45,316 nt of DNA from a virus: IMG/VR virus record IMGVR_UViG_3300045988_128825, positions 1-45,316 of that record. One strand, written 5' to 3'. Below are positions 38,126 through 45,316 of the stretch, piece after piece. The notes beneath the pieces were generated by a model that was given only the letters and a program-made list of their open reading frames with translations, ran no database searches and was not told the DNA's origin. The translations under genes were made by a program, and so were the position numbers. Each line of letters begins with the position of its first letter. The first letter of the stretch is position 1.

Positions 38126-39187
38126 CTAAAAAAAATTTGAGAGACGCTTCTGTGCATTTTCTCTCATTTCATCAGTGTAGTGTACATATGCCTTTAAAAC
38201 TGTTTCAACTGTATCTCCCAACAATGCTGCGACCGTTTTAATATCAAAGCCACTGCTAAGTAATGTTGTAGCATAAGTATGCCTGAAGTCATGAATACTT
38301 GTGTCATCTTTTGTGTAAAGAGAAACTCTTTTTATAGAGTGATATGTCACATTCCAAAATACCATATCGCTGATGTGACGAGGATATTTATTCTTGTATT
38401 CAATTAAAACCGTTTGTAATCGCATAGGTATAGGTACAGTTCGATAAGAGTTATTGCTTTTTAATTCTTGTAGGGTCATAATATTTCTATTTGTAGCAAC
38501 CATTTGTCGTTCTACTTTTAATGTTCCTGCATTAAAATCAATATCAGACCATTTCAAACCTGTTATCTCGCCAACCCTAAGACCTGCGAAAGCGGCGATA
38601 CAACACGCTGTATATAAAGTATAGTTCTTGGATTTTAAACGTGCCAGAACAGCTTCTAAACGTTCTTTGGAAAGGGCGTTTATTTTTCTTTGGCCTTTTA
38701 TTTTTAACGGATGTATCCCTATCGTAGGATCTTTAGTTATAAGTTCGTATGGAGATACCGCTCTTTTAAAAATAGTTTTTAGTTTTACGAGATACAAATT
38801 GGCGGTGTTTGCTTTCACTGGTAAAGAGTTAAATATTGATTGTATGTCGCTATGCGTTATGTCTACCAGATGCATATCTTTTAGTTCTGAAAAGGCTTTG
38901 ATAGCGTGCTGGTATCCGAGTAGAGTGTTGTATGCTATGCTCCTTCTTATATCATTAAGATACATTGCGGAAAATTCACCAAAGGTTATTCTTGCAGTGC
39001 TATTGTCCATATATATTGGCGCATTTGCTTTAACTTCTTCTAGTAACTTATCGCCTGCTATTTTTGCTTCTCTTTTGGTTTTAAATCCTTGTTTTGATTT
39101 TTGCTTCCAACAACCACGATTATCTTTATAGGATAATATTACTTGAAATCCTTTATCTTTTTCTCTAAAAGTGAAATTATACTCCAT
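38126..39187 (-). CDS. int: Tyrosine integrase with N-terminal arm-type DNA-binding domain
   Basis: 353 aa; GLRVGEI (Arg), HDFRHTYATTLL (His-x-x-Arg), AYVHYT (Tyr); N-terminal FREKDKGFQVILSYKD...GFKTKREAK. Confidence 0.9.
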   Translation of the reverse strand: MEYNFTFREKDKGFQVILSYKDNRGCWKQKSKQGFKTKREAKIAGDKLLEEVKANAPIYMDNSTARITFGEFSAMYLNDIRRSIAYNTLLGYQHAIKAFSELKDMHLVDITHSDIQSIFNSLPVKANTANLYLVKLKTIFKRAVSPYELITKDPTIGIHPLKIKGQRKINALSKERLEAVLARLKSKNYTLYTACCIAAFAGLRVGEITGLKWSDIDFNAGTLKVERQMVATNRNIMTLQELKSNNSYRTVPIPMRLQTVLIEYKNKYPRHISDMVFWNVTYHSIKRVSLYTKDDTSIHDFRHTYATTLLSSGFDIKTVAALLGDTVETVLKAYVHYTDEMRENAQKRLSNFF

Positions 39188-39242
39188 TTTTTCACCTCCT
39201 ATATTTTAAGTTTTTAAAGTGTTAAGTATTAAAATAAATTTA

Positions 39243-39341
39243 TTGTTTAAGAAATTAGATTATATTATACTAACATTGCCGTTGTAAATATTTTATTTTT
39301 GTTATGGCTGCTACCGGGCGTTTGGTAGCGGTCTTTTTTTA
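39243..39341 (+). ncRNA. Candidate ~60-nt sRNA antisense to the integrase leader (promoter TTGTTT-17-TATACT + strong terminator)
   Basis: -35 39243-39248, -10 39266-39271; terminator stem 39306-39315/39324-39333 followed by T7; no + strand ORF here. Confidence 0.3.
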
Positions 39342-39540
39342 TTTCATTTAGCCTCGGGGAAAGATAAGATCCTTATAGAATTATCTTGTCCGTCCCCTTT
39401 CTTCGGGGACACTGGGTAATAATGTGATGCTCCTTGATTCCTAAAACATAACCAATCACTTGATTTAGCTCACCAGGCGAAAAATCTTTCATGTTGCATT
39501 CGATAAGCTTGATTGTTCTGGATAACAAAGTATCACGCTC

Positions 39541-39927
39541 CTAAACTGCATTTTTATTTTTTGATGTTTCTGCAGTTAGCAGTCCATCAATAAAGCCAAT
39601 AACAATATATCTATCATTATCTTCAATTTTGCGGAACTTATCTATAAGAATTTTTTCCTGATCAGATAATACATAGTTATCTTCCTGATCGATATAAATA
39701 GGAGTGGGGCGTTCCATTTCTACATCGAATCCCATAAGCCAGCCTTCGTTTACATTTAATGCAACGGCTATCTTGTAGAGATTATTCTGTTTTGCCTTAA
39801 ATTTGCCTTTTAAATATTGGCTAATAAGAGGTTGGCTTAATCCAGTTTTTTCGGACAGTTCAACTGGCTTTATGCCTGTGACATCTAACGCTTCTTGTAG
39901 CCTAGTGGCAAAATCAGTTTTTTTCAT
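39541..39927 (-). CDS. CI-like XRE-family repressor (no S24 peptidase domain)
   Basis: MKKTDFATRLQEALDVTGIKPVELSEKTGLSQPLISQYLKGKFKAKQNNLYKIAVALNVNEGWLMG; 128 aa from ATG 39927; divergent from the Cro-like gene. Confidence 0.8.
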   Translation of the reverse strand: MKKTDFATRLQEALDVTGIKPVELSEKTGLSQPLISQYLKGKFKAKQNNLYKIAVALNVNEGWLMGFDVEMERPTPIYIDQEDNYVLSDQEKILIDKFRKIEDNDRYIVIGFIDGLLTAETSKNKNAV

Positions 39928-40007
39928 TGCAATCATCCTTCCTTCAACTATAATAGCACTGATATTAAGAAAAGTAAAGGATAAAATAAGAAAACTAAAA
40001 TTTAGTA

Positions 40008-40036
40008 TTGACTTAAGAAAGCTTAAGTAGTATAAT
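40008..40036 (+). promoter_or_regulatory. Early rightward promoter TTGACT-17-TATAAT with operator-like ACTTAAG-N4-CTTAAGT in the spacer
   Basis: -35 40008-40013, -10 40031-40036; TTAAGAAA repeated at 39966, 40013 and (TTAGAAA) 40041. Confidence 0.7.
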
Positions 40037-40069
40037 CGTCTTAGAAACAGAAAAGAAAGGAGGAACGTT

Positions 40070-40300
40070 ATGAATCCGCAATTTGATTATTCAAAGCTTA
40101 ATGAAAAAATAATTAGAACATTTCTTACAAGAACTGCATTTTGTGAGGCTTTTGGGGTATCGACATCGAATCTGTCGTTGAAAATGAATAACAAACATTA
40201 CTTTACTCAACCACAAATTGCTAAGGCTTGTTCATTATTGAAAATTCCACAATCTCAAGTTGGTAAATATTTTTTTACTACAAAAATTAAGAAATCTTAA
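40070..40300 (+). CDS. Cro-like HTH protein (DUF739-type)
   Basis: FDYSKLNEKIIRTFLTRTAFCEAFGVSTSNLSLKMNNKHYFTQPQIAKACSLLKIPQSQVGKYFF matches the DUF739 Cro/CI pattern of Firmicute phages. Confidence 0.75.
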   Translation: MNPQFDYSKLNEKIIRTFLTRTAFCEAFGVSTSNLSLKMNNKHYFTQPQIAKACSLLKIPQSQVGKYFFTTKIKKS

Positions 40301-40318
40301 TAAAAGGAGCGCTGTTAA

Positions 40319-40675
40319 ATGATTGTAGAATGTCCGCACGTTGGAATAAGAGAGCTGTCTGAAGCGTGGGGCGTTAGTGCTAGGACAGTAAAAGAATGGC
40401 TTGCTAGTGCAGGTATTAAAACAGTAGTACGTGGTCGGTATCGTATATCAGATGTTACGAGATATGCCGATCAGTACGGTAAGCCGAAACTTTCTAATCG
40501 AGAGCGATTAGAGGTAATGCAGCTACAAAAAGCTTTAGATAACGCTAACGCTGAAATAGCAGAACTGCAAGAATGTCTGTTGAAAGTGTCAGGAGTAACA
40601 GCTGACGCTGTTCAAAAGATAGTTAGGCAGATGAAAAAAGAAACTGAAATAGTAGAAATGAGGCAGAGCAGATGA
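40319..40675 (+). CDS. Excisionase/MerR-type HTH DNA-binding protein with coiled-coil tail (Xis or early regulator)
   Basis: IRELSEAWGVSARTVKEWLASAGIKTVVRGRYRISDVTRY. Confidence 0.45.
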   Translation: MIVECPHVGIRELSEAWGVSARTVKEWLASAGIKTVVRGRYRISDVTRYADQYGKPKLSNRERLEVMQLQKALDNANAEIAELQECLLKVSGVTADAVQKIVRQMKKETEIVEMRQSR

Positions 40676-40830
40676 AAGCATTAATAAAAGTAGCAGGAAC
40701 AGCAGTAGTAATGAAAGAGAGTATTAAGGAACAGCCTTGTGTATGGTCTTTAACTGCTTTGGCTATAGCAACAGTAGTTAAGCTGATATATGACATAGGC
40801 TACGCTATGGGGCAGGTGGCAGGCTTATGA
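40672..40830 (+). CDS. 52-aa membrane-like peptide
   Basis: ATGA overlap with the previous gene; MKALIKVAGTAVVMKESIKEQPCVWSLTALAIATVVKLIY... Confidence 0.35.
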   Translation: MKALIKVAGTAVVMKESIKEQPCVWSLTALAIATVVKLIYDIGYAMGQVAGL

Positions 40831-40922
40831 TTAGAGATTTTACCGTAGCAACTACTGCAATATTTGTCGGAACATACATTGCTATTATGGCTGCTGTAGT
40901 GACTGTAGGGGTGTTGAGATGA
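40827..40922 (+). CDS. 31-aa TM peptide
   Basis: ATGA overlap; MIRDFTVATTAIFVGTYIAIMAAVVTVGVLR. Confidence 0.3.
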   Translation: MIRDFTVATTAIFVGTYIAIMAAVVTVGVLR

Positions 40923-41086
40923 GCTGCGAAGATGAGAAGTTAGAATGTGAATATTGTGATCATTGTCTGCCTATTGGCGAAGGTGATCATATTTGTGATA
41001 AAAACGAAGACCCGGTTATCGTCTTGTCTAAATACGTTCCTACTGAAGATTATTTGTATTGCAAAAGAAAAGAGCTACCGAAGTAG
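40919..41086 (+). CDS. 55-aa Cys-rich protein
   Basis: ATGA overlap; MSCEDEKLECEYCDHCLPIGEGDHICDKNEDP... Confidence 0.35.
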   Translation: MSCEDEKLECEYCDHCLPIGEGDHICDKNEDPVIVLSKYVPTEDYLYCKRKELPK

Positions 41087-41149
41087 CAACTTCGATAGCT
41101 CAGGGTGGACATGTAAATTTTACTAGGTTTAGCGTCCACCTTCATTTTA
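41072..41149 (+). terminator. Two consecutive hairpins, second followed by a U-rich tract
   Basis: GAGCTACCGAAGT/ACTTCGATAGCTC (13 bp, 1 mismatch) then GGTGGAC/GTCCACC + TTCATTTTA. Confidence 0.4.
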
Positions 41150-41174
41150 GCAAAAGAATTGGAGGATTGCAAGT

Positions 41175-41351
41175 ATGGATAAATTTGACGATTTAGTATA
41201 TTCGCTGCGATATGAAGCAGAATCTATTTTAGAGAATCTGAAAGAAATGGATGATCTAGATGGTGATGAAGCCAAAGTGAGCATATTGCTGAAATGGATT
41301 AAAAATAGTGCAAACATTATTGAAGATAGAATTGAAAATTGGAGCGTGTAA
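41175..41351 (+). CDS. 58-aa acidic hypothetical protein
   Basis: GGAGGA SD; MDKFDDLVYSLRYEAESILENLKEMDDLDGDE... Confidence 0.45.
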   Translation: MDKFDDLVYSLRYEAESILENLKEMDDLDGDEAKVSILLKWIKNSANIIEDRIENWSV

Positions 41352-41353
41352 AT

Positions 41354-41836
41354 ATGAAACTTTATGAAATTGATCAACAATTAGAACGGTTACTAGAACT
41401 TGACACTGAAAGAATGGTAGATGCTGAAACAGGTGAGATATTGACTGCCGAGGATATTGATAAGCTGCAGATGGATAGGGCTGAAAAAATAGAAGGTTGC
41501 CTTTTGGTAATAAAAAATAAACTTGCTGAAGCTGACGCTATTGATGCCGAAATAAAAAAGCTATCTGACAGGAAACGTAGTCTAACCAATAAAGCGATAT
41601 GGTTACAGGAATATGTTGCTTCTAGTCTTAATGGAAAGACTTTCAGTACATCAAAGGTTGCTGTAACGTATCGGAAAAGTGAAGCAATCGAAGTCCTAGA
41701 CATTGATAAAATTTCCCCAGAGTACATTAAAACTACTATTTCAGCTGACAAGACAGCAATTAAAAAAGCTATTAAGGCTGGCGAAGTGGTAGACGGAGCA
41801 CAACTTATAGAACGAATGAATATGCAGATCAAGTGA
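41354..41836 (+). CDS. Siphovirus Gp157-family protein
   Basis: MKLYEIDQQLERLLEL...KIEGCLLVIKNKLAEADAIDAEIKKLSDRKRSL...KAIKAGEVVDGAQLIE matches the Gp157 family pattern; precedes the annealase. Confidence 0.8.
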   Translation: MKLYEIDQQLERLLELDTERMVDAETGEILTAEDIDKLQMDRAEKIEGCLLVIKNKLAEADAIDAEIKKLSDRKRSLTNKAIWLQEYVASSLNGKTFSTSKVAVTYRKSEAIEVLDIDKISPEYIKTTISADKTAIKKAIKAGEVVDGAQLIERMNMQIK

Positions 41837-41846
41837 GGTGGGAGTA

Positions 41847-42554
41847 ATGAAAGAAATTAGATTACTTACAGCCGATGAAGTTGAATGCCGGATTGCTACG
41901 GTAAAAAAAGATAACAGCGGGTGTTCGCTTCTGTTATATAAAGATGCAAGAGTTGATATGCGAATTTTAGATGAAACGTTTGGACCGATGAATTGGCAGC
42001 GGCATCACGGACGGGATAACGCAAATTGTATCATTTCGGTGTGGGACGATGATAAAAAACAGTGGATCGAAAAAGAGGATACCGGCACTGAGAGTAACAC
42101 AGAAGCCGCGAAGGGATTGGCAAGTGATAGTTTTAAACGCGCCGGGTTTAACTGGGGTATTGGGCGTGAGCTATACGATGCTCCGTTTATATGGGTGCAA
42201 CTATCAAAGCAAGATTTATCTGCCAATGGGAAAATCACTGCAAAGTTTTTTGTGAAAGACATAGAGTACGATCGAACTAAAAGCGAGTTTGTGAAGCTAA
42301 AAATCGTGGACAGTAAGGGTGTTGTACGGTTTGAGCTGGGTAAAAAAGTTGATGTGCCTGTAGCGGAACATAAAGCAACATCACCTACACCAATAAATCA
42401 AACAAAGCCTGCTTTTCCTGATGAAAACACTGGTCCACAGTTTTTGATGTGTCAAGAATGCACAGTTGAAATTAGCAAAAAAGTACATGATTATAGCGTG
42501 CAGAAATTTGGCAGACCTCTTTGTATGAACTGTCAAAAGGCAGCAGCAAAATGA
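41847..42554 (+). CDS. Rad52/Sak-type single-strand annealing protein with C-terminal Zn ribbon
   Basis: DARVDMRILDETFGPMNWQ and KGLASDSFKRAGFNWGIGRELY are Rad52/Sak hallmarks; CQEC...CMNC at the C-terminus. Confidence 0.8.
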   Translation: MKEIRLLTADEVECRIATVKKDNSGCSLLLYKDARVDMRILDETFGPMNWQRHHGRDNANCIISVWDDDKKQWIEKEDTGTESNTEAAKGLASDSFKRAGFNWGIGRELYDAPFIWVQLSKQDLSANGKITAKFFVKDIEYDRTKSEFVKLKIVDSKGVVRFELGKKVDVPVAEHKATSPTPINQTKPAFPDENTGPQFLMCQECTVEISKKVHDYSVQKFGRPLCMNCQKAAAK

Positions 42555-42610
42555 AGTTGGAAGGTTTAGGGATTCATCAGTTAAATAAATTTTGAAAAGA
42601 GGAATTAAAA

Positions 42611-42868
42611 ATGGAACAAGTATATGGGAAAAAAGTTGAAAGTTATCATGACAGTACTGATAACTATATTGCTGAAAATGAAATCACTGTAACAATTACA
42701 TTGAGCGAATACCGAAAACTGGTGCAGGAAGTGGCTACAAAAAAATATGATATCGACAGGGCGAACTCGGAAACGTACGAGGCAAAGCGCCAGCTGGAAA
42801 AATTTAAAAATCAATATTTCGAGGAATTAAAAAAAGAATATGGCGAAAATGCCGAAGATGAAGATTAA
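42611..42868 (+). CDS. 85-aa coiled-coil hypothetical protein
   Basis: ORF with charged heptad-like sequence; acidic tail. Confidence 0.5.
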   Translation: MEQVYGKKVESYHDSTDNYIAENEITVTITLSEYRKLVQEVATKKYDIDRANSETYEAKRQLEKFKNQYFEELKKEYGENAEDED

Positions 42869-42889
42869 CGCAAAGTAAGTGGGCGCAAA

Positions 42890-43417
42890 ATGAAGATCAC
42901 GGTGAAAGACCTTCAGCTGATTCAGACATGGCAGGGGACAAGTGTTGTGATTCCTCTGTCATCGTCAGAGGCAGAAGAGGTCGCAGAACTTAAGAAAAAG
43001 GCTGACGAGGGCAAACCCTTGCAGCTTGAATTAAAAATCGCTAGGAAGCAGCGTAGCCTTGATGCAAATGCGGCATTATGGTTTTTGCTTGGAGAAATGG
43101 CGGCTAAATTACGGACAAATAAAGATGCGCTATATCTTGAAATGTTGGGGCGATATGGAGTATTTACGCATATCATTGCAAAACCGAATGCAGCAGAACG
43201 ATTTAAAGCTCAATGGCGTACTGTTAAGGAGCTTGGAGAAGTTACTGTTAATGGACGGACTGGTAAACAGCTGCAGTGTTATTTTGGCAGTAGTACTTAT
43301 AATACGCTTGAATTTAGCCGGTTATTAGATGGAACGATTAATGACGCAAAGGAAATTGGTATAAACCTTATTTCTGATGCTGACAGGGCAATTATGCTTG
43401 AAGAATGGGGTAAGTAA
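42890..43417 (+). CDS. NinB/Orf-like recombination mediator (putative)
   Basis: KQRSLDANAALWFLLGEMAAKL resembles the NinB RS..QN..W..L motif; recombination-module context. Confidence 0.35.
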   Translation: MKITVKDLQLIQTWQGTSVVIPLSSSEAEEVAELKKKADEGKPLQLELKIARKQRSLDANAALWFLLGEMAAKLRTNKDALYLEMLGRYGVFTHIIAKPNAAERFKAQWRTVKELGEVTVNGRTGKQLQCYFGSSTYNTLEFSRLLDGTINDAKEIGINLISDADRAIMLEEWGK

Positions 43418-43418
43418 A

Positions 43419-43694
43419 ATGGCTAAGAGTATCATGCAGAGTAGAAAATACTGTTATAAATGCGGAATCGAAACAGGACTACATCTGCACCATATCTACT
43501 ACGGTACCGGCAAGCGGAAAATAAGCGACAAAAATGGCTTTACCTGCTGGTTGTGTTGGAGGTGTCATAACTCAGTACATAATGGTGGAGTACTTGGAGA
43601 TTTGTTAAAAAGCTCCTGTCAAAAGGTCTTTGAAAAAACCAACACCAGAGAAGAATTTATGAAGATTATCGGAAGAAATTATTTAGACGACTGA
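43419..43694 (+). CDS. Conserved phage Zn-binding HNH-like protein
   Basis: ATG 43419; CYKCG...LHLHHIYYGTGKRKISDKNGFTCWLCWRCHNSVH. Confidence 0.5.
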   Translation: MAKSIMQSRKYCYKCGIETGLHLHHIYYGTGKRKISDKNGFTCWLCWRCHNSVHNGGVLGDLLKSSCQKVFEKTNTREEFMKIIGRNYLDD

Positions 43695-43704
43695 AAGGAT
43701 TATT

Positions 43705-44421
43705 ATGAACTACGTTGCACAGATGAATGCGTTTTGGAGCTGGCGGTTACTCAATCAACTTAATAGCCGAGCTGCTGATTTGTATATGGCATTATTGCAC
43801 TTTAACAATTTAGGCGGCTGGAAAAAAGAGTTTACCGTGTCCAGCACGATGCTGCAATCGGTGTGTGGAATTTCTCGGACTGAATTAAGTAGGCATAGGA
43901 ATACTCTAATTCAGATGGGGCTGATTTCATACCAGGGTGGCAAAGGTAGTCGATCAGGTTTTTATCAGATATTTGATTTGTGTATCGTATACCGAACACA
44001 AACTGATACACAACCTGTAACACAACTTGTAACACAACTTGTAACACAAACTGATACACAACCTGTAACACAATCTCGCGCGGAGAAGAAAGTATATATA
44101 AATAATATTATTAATAATAAACAAAACGAAAAGAAACAAGAAGCGCCTGATTGTGAACGGGAAGAATATTTTGCCCGATTTTGGGAAGCATACCCGGTGA
44201 AGGTGAAAAAGCCTGTAGCTAAAATCGAGTGGAATAAGCTTGTTGATCCTTGTGTGGAACTGTACGAAAAAATCATAGCTGCTGTTGAGCGGTATAAACA
44301 GACAAGCCGTTGGAAAGAGAACAACGGGGCTTATATTCCATACCCTGAAACATTCTTGCAAGACAGGCGTTGGGAAGATGAGATACGTGTTACAGAGCAG
44401 AAAAAAGAATGGGCATGGTGA
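43705..44421 (+). CDS. Replication initiator/organizer (N-terminal winged-HTH; iterons inside the gene)
   Basis: VCGISRTELSRHRNTLIQMGLISYQGG wHTH; C-terminal FWEAYPVKVKKPVAKIEWNKL motif common in Firmicute phage replication proteins. Confidence 0.65.
   Translation: MNYVAQMNAFWSWRLLNQLNSRAADLYMALLHFNNLGGWKKEFTVSSTMLQSVCGISRTELSRHRNTLIQMGLISYQGGKGSRSGFYQIFDLCIVYRTQTDTQPVTQLVTQLVTQTDTQPVTQSRAEKKVYINNIINNKQNEKKQEAPDCEREEYFARFWEAYPVKVKKPVAKIEWNKLVDPCVELYEKIIAAVERYKQTSRWKENNGAYIPYPETFLQDRRWEDEIRVTEQKKEWAW
43996..44079. repeat. Seven tandem 12-bp iterons ACACAA(A/C)(C/T)TG(A/T)(T/A), followed by an A+T-rich tract 44092-44127: candidate origin
   Basis: Exact 12-nt phasing; 30-nt identity between 43996-44025 and 44044-44073; encodes TQTDTQPVTQLVTQLVTQTDTQPVTQ linker. 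Confidence 0.7.
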
Positions 44422-44431
44422 GGTGATTTGA

Positions 44432-45082
44432 ATGCTTGATATAGGCGATATAGAGGCTGCGTTTGTGGTATGGCGAGCAGCTGGCTTAACTCCACCACCG
44501 ATGAATGATGTGCAGCGGGAAAACTTTATGGCTAAAACGTTGGAACAATACAAGTATACACAGGTTAATGATTGGGCGGAAGCTGTTGAGTGGGTGGCTA
44601 ATAACAATACGCGCTGGGCAACGTGGTTCGACATCAATACAGCGCTGTCTATAGTCCGGCAGAATAAAATTGGCGCAGAGAAGAAGGCTATTGAGCGTAA
44701 TTCTAAAGCGGCAAACGAGTTTGTTAAAAAGTTGTTTGCTGATCTTGCTGCCGGTAAAACATTTGGCGAACTAAGGCAGCCGGTGAGCGATAAAGTTAGA
44801 GCTGCAGCAAAGAGGATTTTTCCTGATGCCGATGATAGCTTTATAAAGCGTAATTACAACGATATCAGCTTTATCGCAGACGTTGAACGAAAATGCGCTG
44901 AATGTATTAACACTGTTGATTGCCCATACAGCGGACATCAACCGTTTTTGAGAGTAGACAAAGAAAGCGGATTTACTTATGTGGTTGCTGATCGTGAGCG
45001 GTGTTATAAATATCATCCGTTAGTGCCTGATGTAGTACCAAAACGGTCAACCTGTCGTCAAGGTGATTTAGCTAAAGTTTAA
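44432..45082 (+). CDS. 216-aa replication-module protein, function unknown
   Basis: Follows the initiator; C-terminal CAEC...C...H cluster; no NTPase motif seen. Confidence 0.55.
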   Translation: MLDIGDIEAAFVVWRAAGLTPPPMNDVQRENFMAKTLEQYKYTQVNDWAEAVEWVANNNTRWATWFDINTALSIVRQNKIGAEKKAIERNSKAANEFVKKLFADLAAGKTFGELRQPVSDKVRAAAKRIFPDADDSFIKRNYNDISFIADVERKCAECINTVDCPYSGHQPFLRVDKESGFTYVVADRERCYKYHPLVPDVVPKRSTCRQGDLAKV

Positions 45083-45095
45083 AGGAGCGGTAACT

Positions 45096-45316
45096 ATGAA
45101 AAAGTATGAGTTGACAGCAGAGTTTATAGAAAAATGGGGCAAGAAATTATTTAGGATTAAGGCTTTAATTGGCTTTGGAAGTGTTGAAGCTGGTGAACTT
45201 GGTGGATATGTGGAAAAAGAAGATAACTTAGCGCAAAATGGCAACGCTTGGGTGTTCGACGACGCTGAGGTGTACGGCAACGCTAGGGTGTACGGCAACG
45301 CTGAGGTGTACGGCAA
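45096..45316 (+). CDS. Hexapeptide-repeat beta-helix protein, N-terminal part (continues at nt 56 after removing the terminal overlap)
   Basis: AAAGGAGCGG SD, ATG 45096, MKKYELTAEFIEKWGKKLFRIKALIGFGSVEAGELGGYVEKEDNLAQNGNAWVFDDAEVYGNARVYGNAEVYG, no stop before the window end. Confidence 0.75.
   Translation, partial: MKKYELTAEFIEKWGKKLFRIKALIGFGSVEAGELGGYVEKEDNLAQNGNAWVFDDAEVYGNARVYGNAEVYG

Noticed and set aside
38628-39131. 167-aa + strand ORF
   Set aside because: It is antisense to the integrase gene, which has all the tyrosine-recombinase motifs. It is a shadow ORF.
39373-39528. 39-51-aa minus-strand ORF between the repressor and the integrase (possible Xis)
   Set aside because: The start is ambiguous (TTG 39528 or ATG 39492). 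There is no HTH-like pattern, and the ORF spans a GTCCCC/GGGGAC hairpin. This is insufficient support.
43954-44637. 227-aa and 119-aa minus-strand ORFs over the replication initiator gene
   Set aside because: They are kept open by the 12-bp iterons and A-rich sequence. Their translations are repetitive (CYKLCYKLCYRLC). The + strand gene has a clear wHTH and conserved C-terminal motif.

Overview
No homology searches were run. All calls come from reading the sequence, the ORF track and recalled family motifs.

The window appears to be one complete, circularly closed genome of about 45.26 kb from a temperate tailed phage or prophage. Nt 1-55 are identical to nt 45262-45316, and one gene reads in frame across that junction.

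Gene order on the + strand:
- Replication and recombination: Gp157-like protein, Rad52/Sak-type annealase, NinB-like protein, HNH-like Zn protein, wHTH initiator carrying its own 12-bp iterons plus an AT-rich tract, and a 216-aa partner.
- The wrap-around hexapeptide-repeat gene.
- An early region of many tiny Zn-ribbon or membrane ORFs. It also holds a C5 DNA methyltransferase split between two frames, RusA and a Lar-type restriction-alleviation protein.
- A RinA/ArpU-like late activator.
- TerS and TerL, portal, scaffold, HK97-type capsid and a decoration protein.
- A T7-type podovirus tail and ejection set: tubular protein A, a 940-aa tubular protein B with a Gly-rich insertion, gp13- and gp14-like proteins, a 758-aa CHAP-containing protein and a 2382-aa multi-domain internal virion protein.
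- Tail fibre with a tail-collar C-terminus, holin and amidase.

Minus-strand units:
- A 25-aa Hol-Tox-type peptide with its own promoter, sitting in the only gap of the virion operon.
- An A+T-rich island with three signal-peptide proteins and an XRE-family regulator. This island faces an Arc-like/Bro-N antirepressor pair, in an arrangement like P22 immI.
- Integrase plus a CI-like repressor, facing a Cro-like gene.

Between the lysis genes and a candidate attP lies a terminator-punctuated cassette of unassignable Cys/Gly/Gln-rich proteins. It is headed by a sigma-region-4-like HTH. I consider it the best candidate for an undescribed system.

A bipartite motif occurs three times and two homologous terminators follow it. 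Together they suggest an activator- or antitermination-controlled late programme.

Firmicute-style early genes and strong SD sites combined with a T7-type envelope-crossing apparatus suggest a diderm Firmicute (Negativicutes-like) host. This is inference only.

No rRNA, tRNA or CRISPR array was found.
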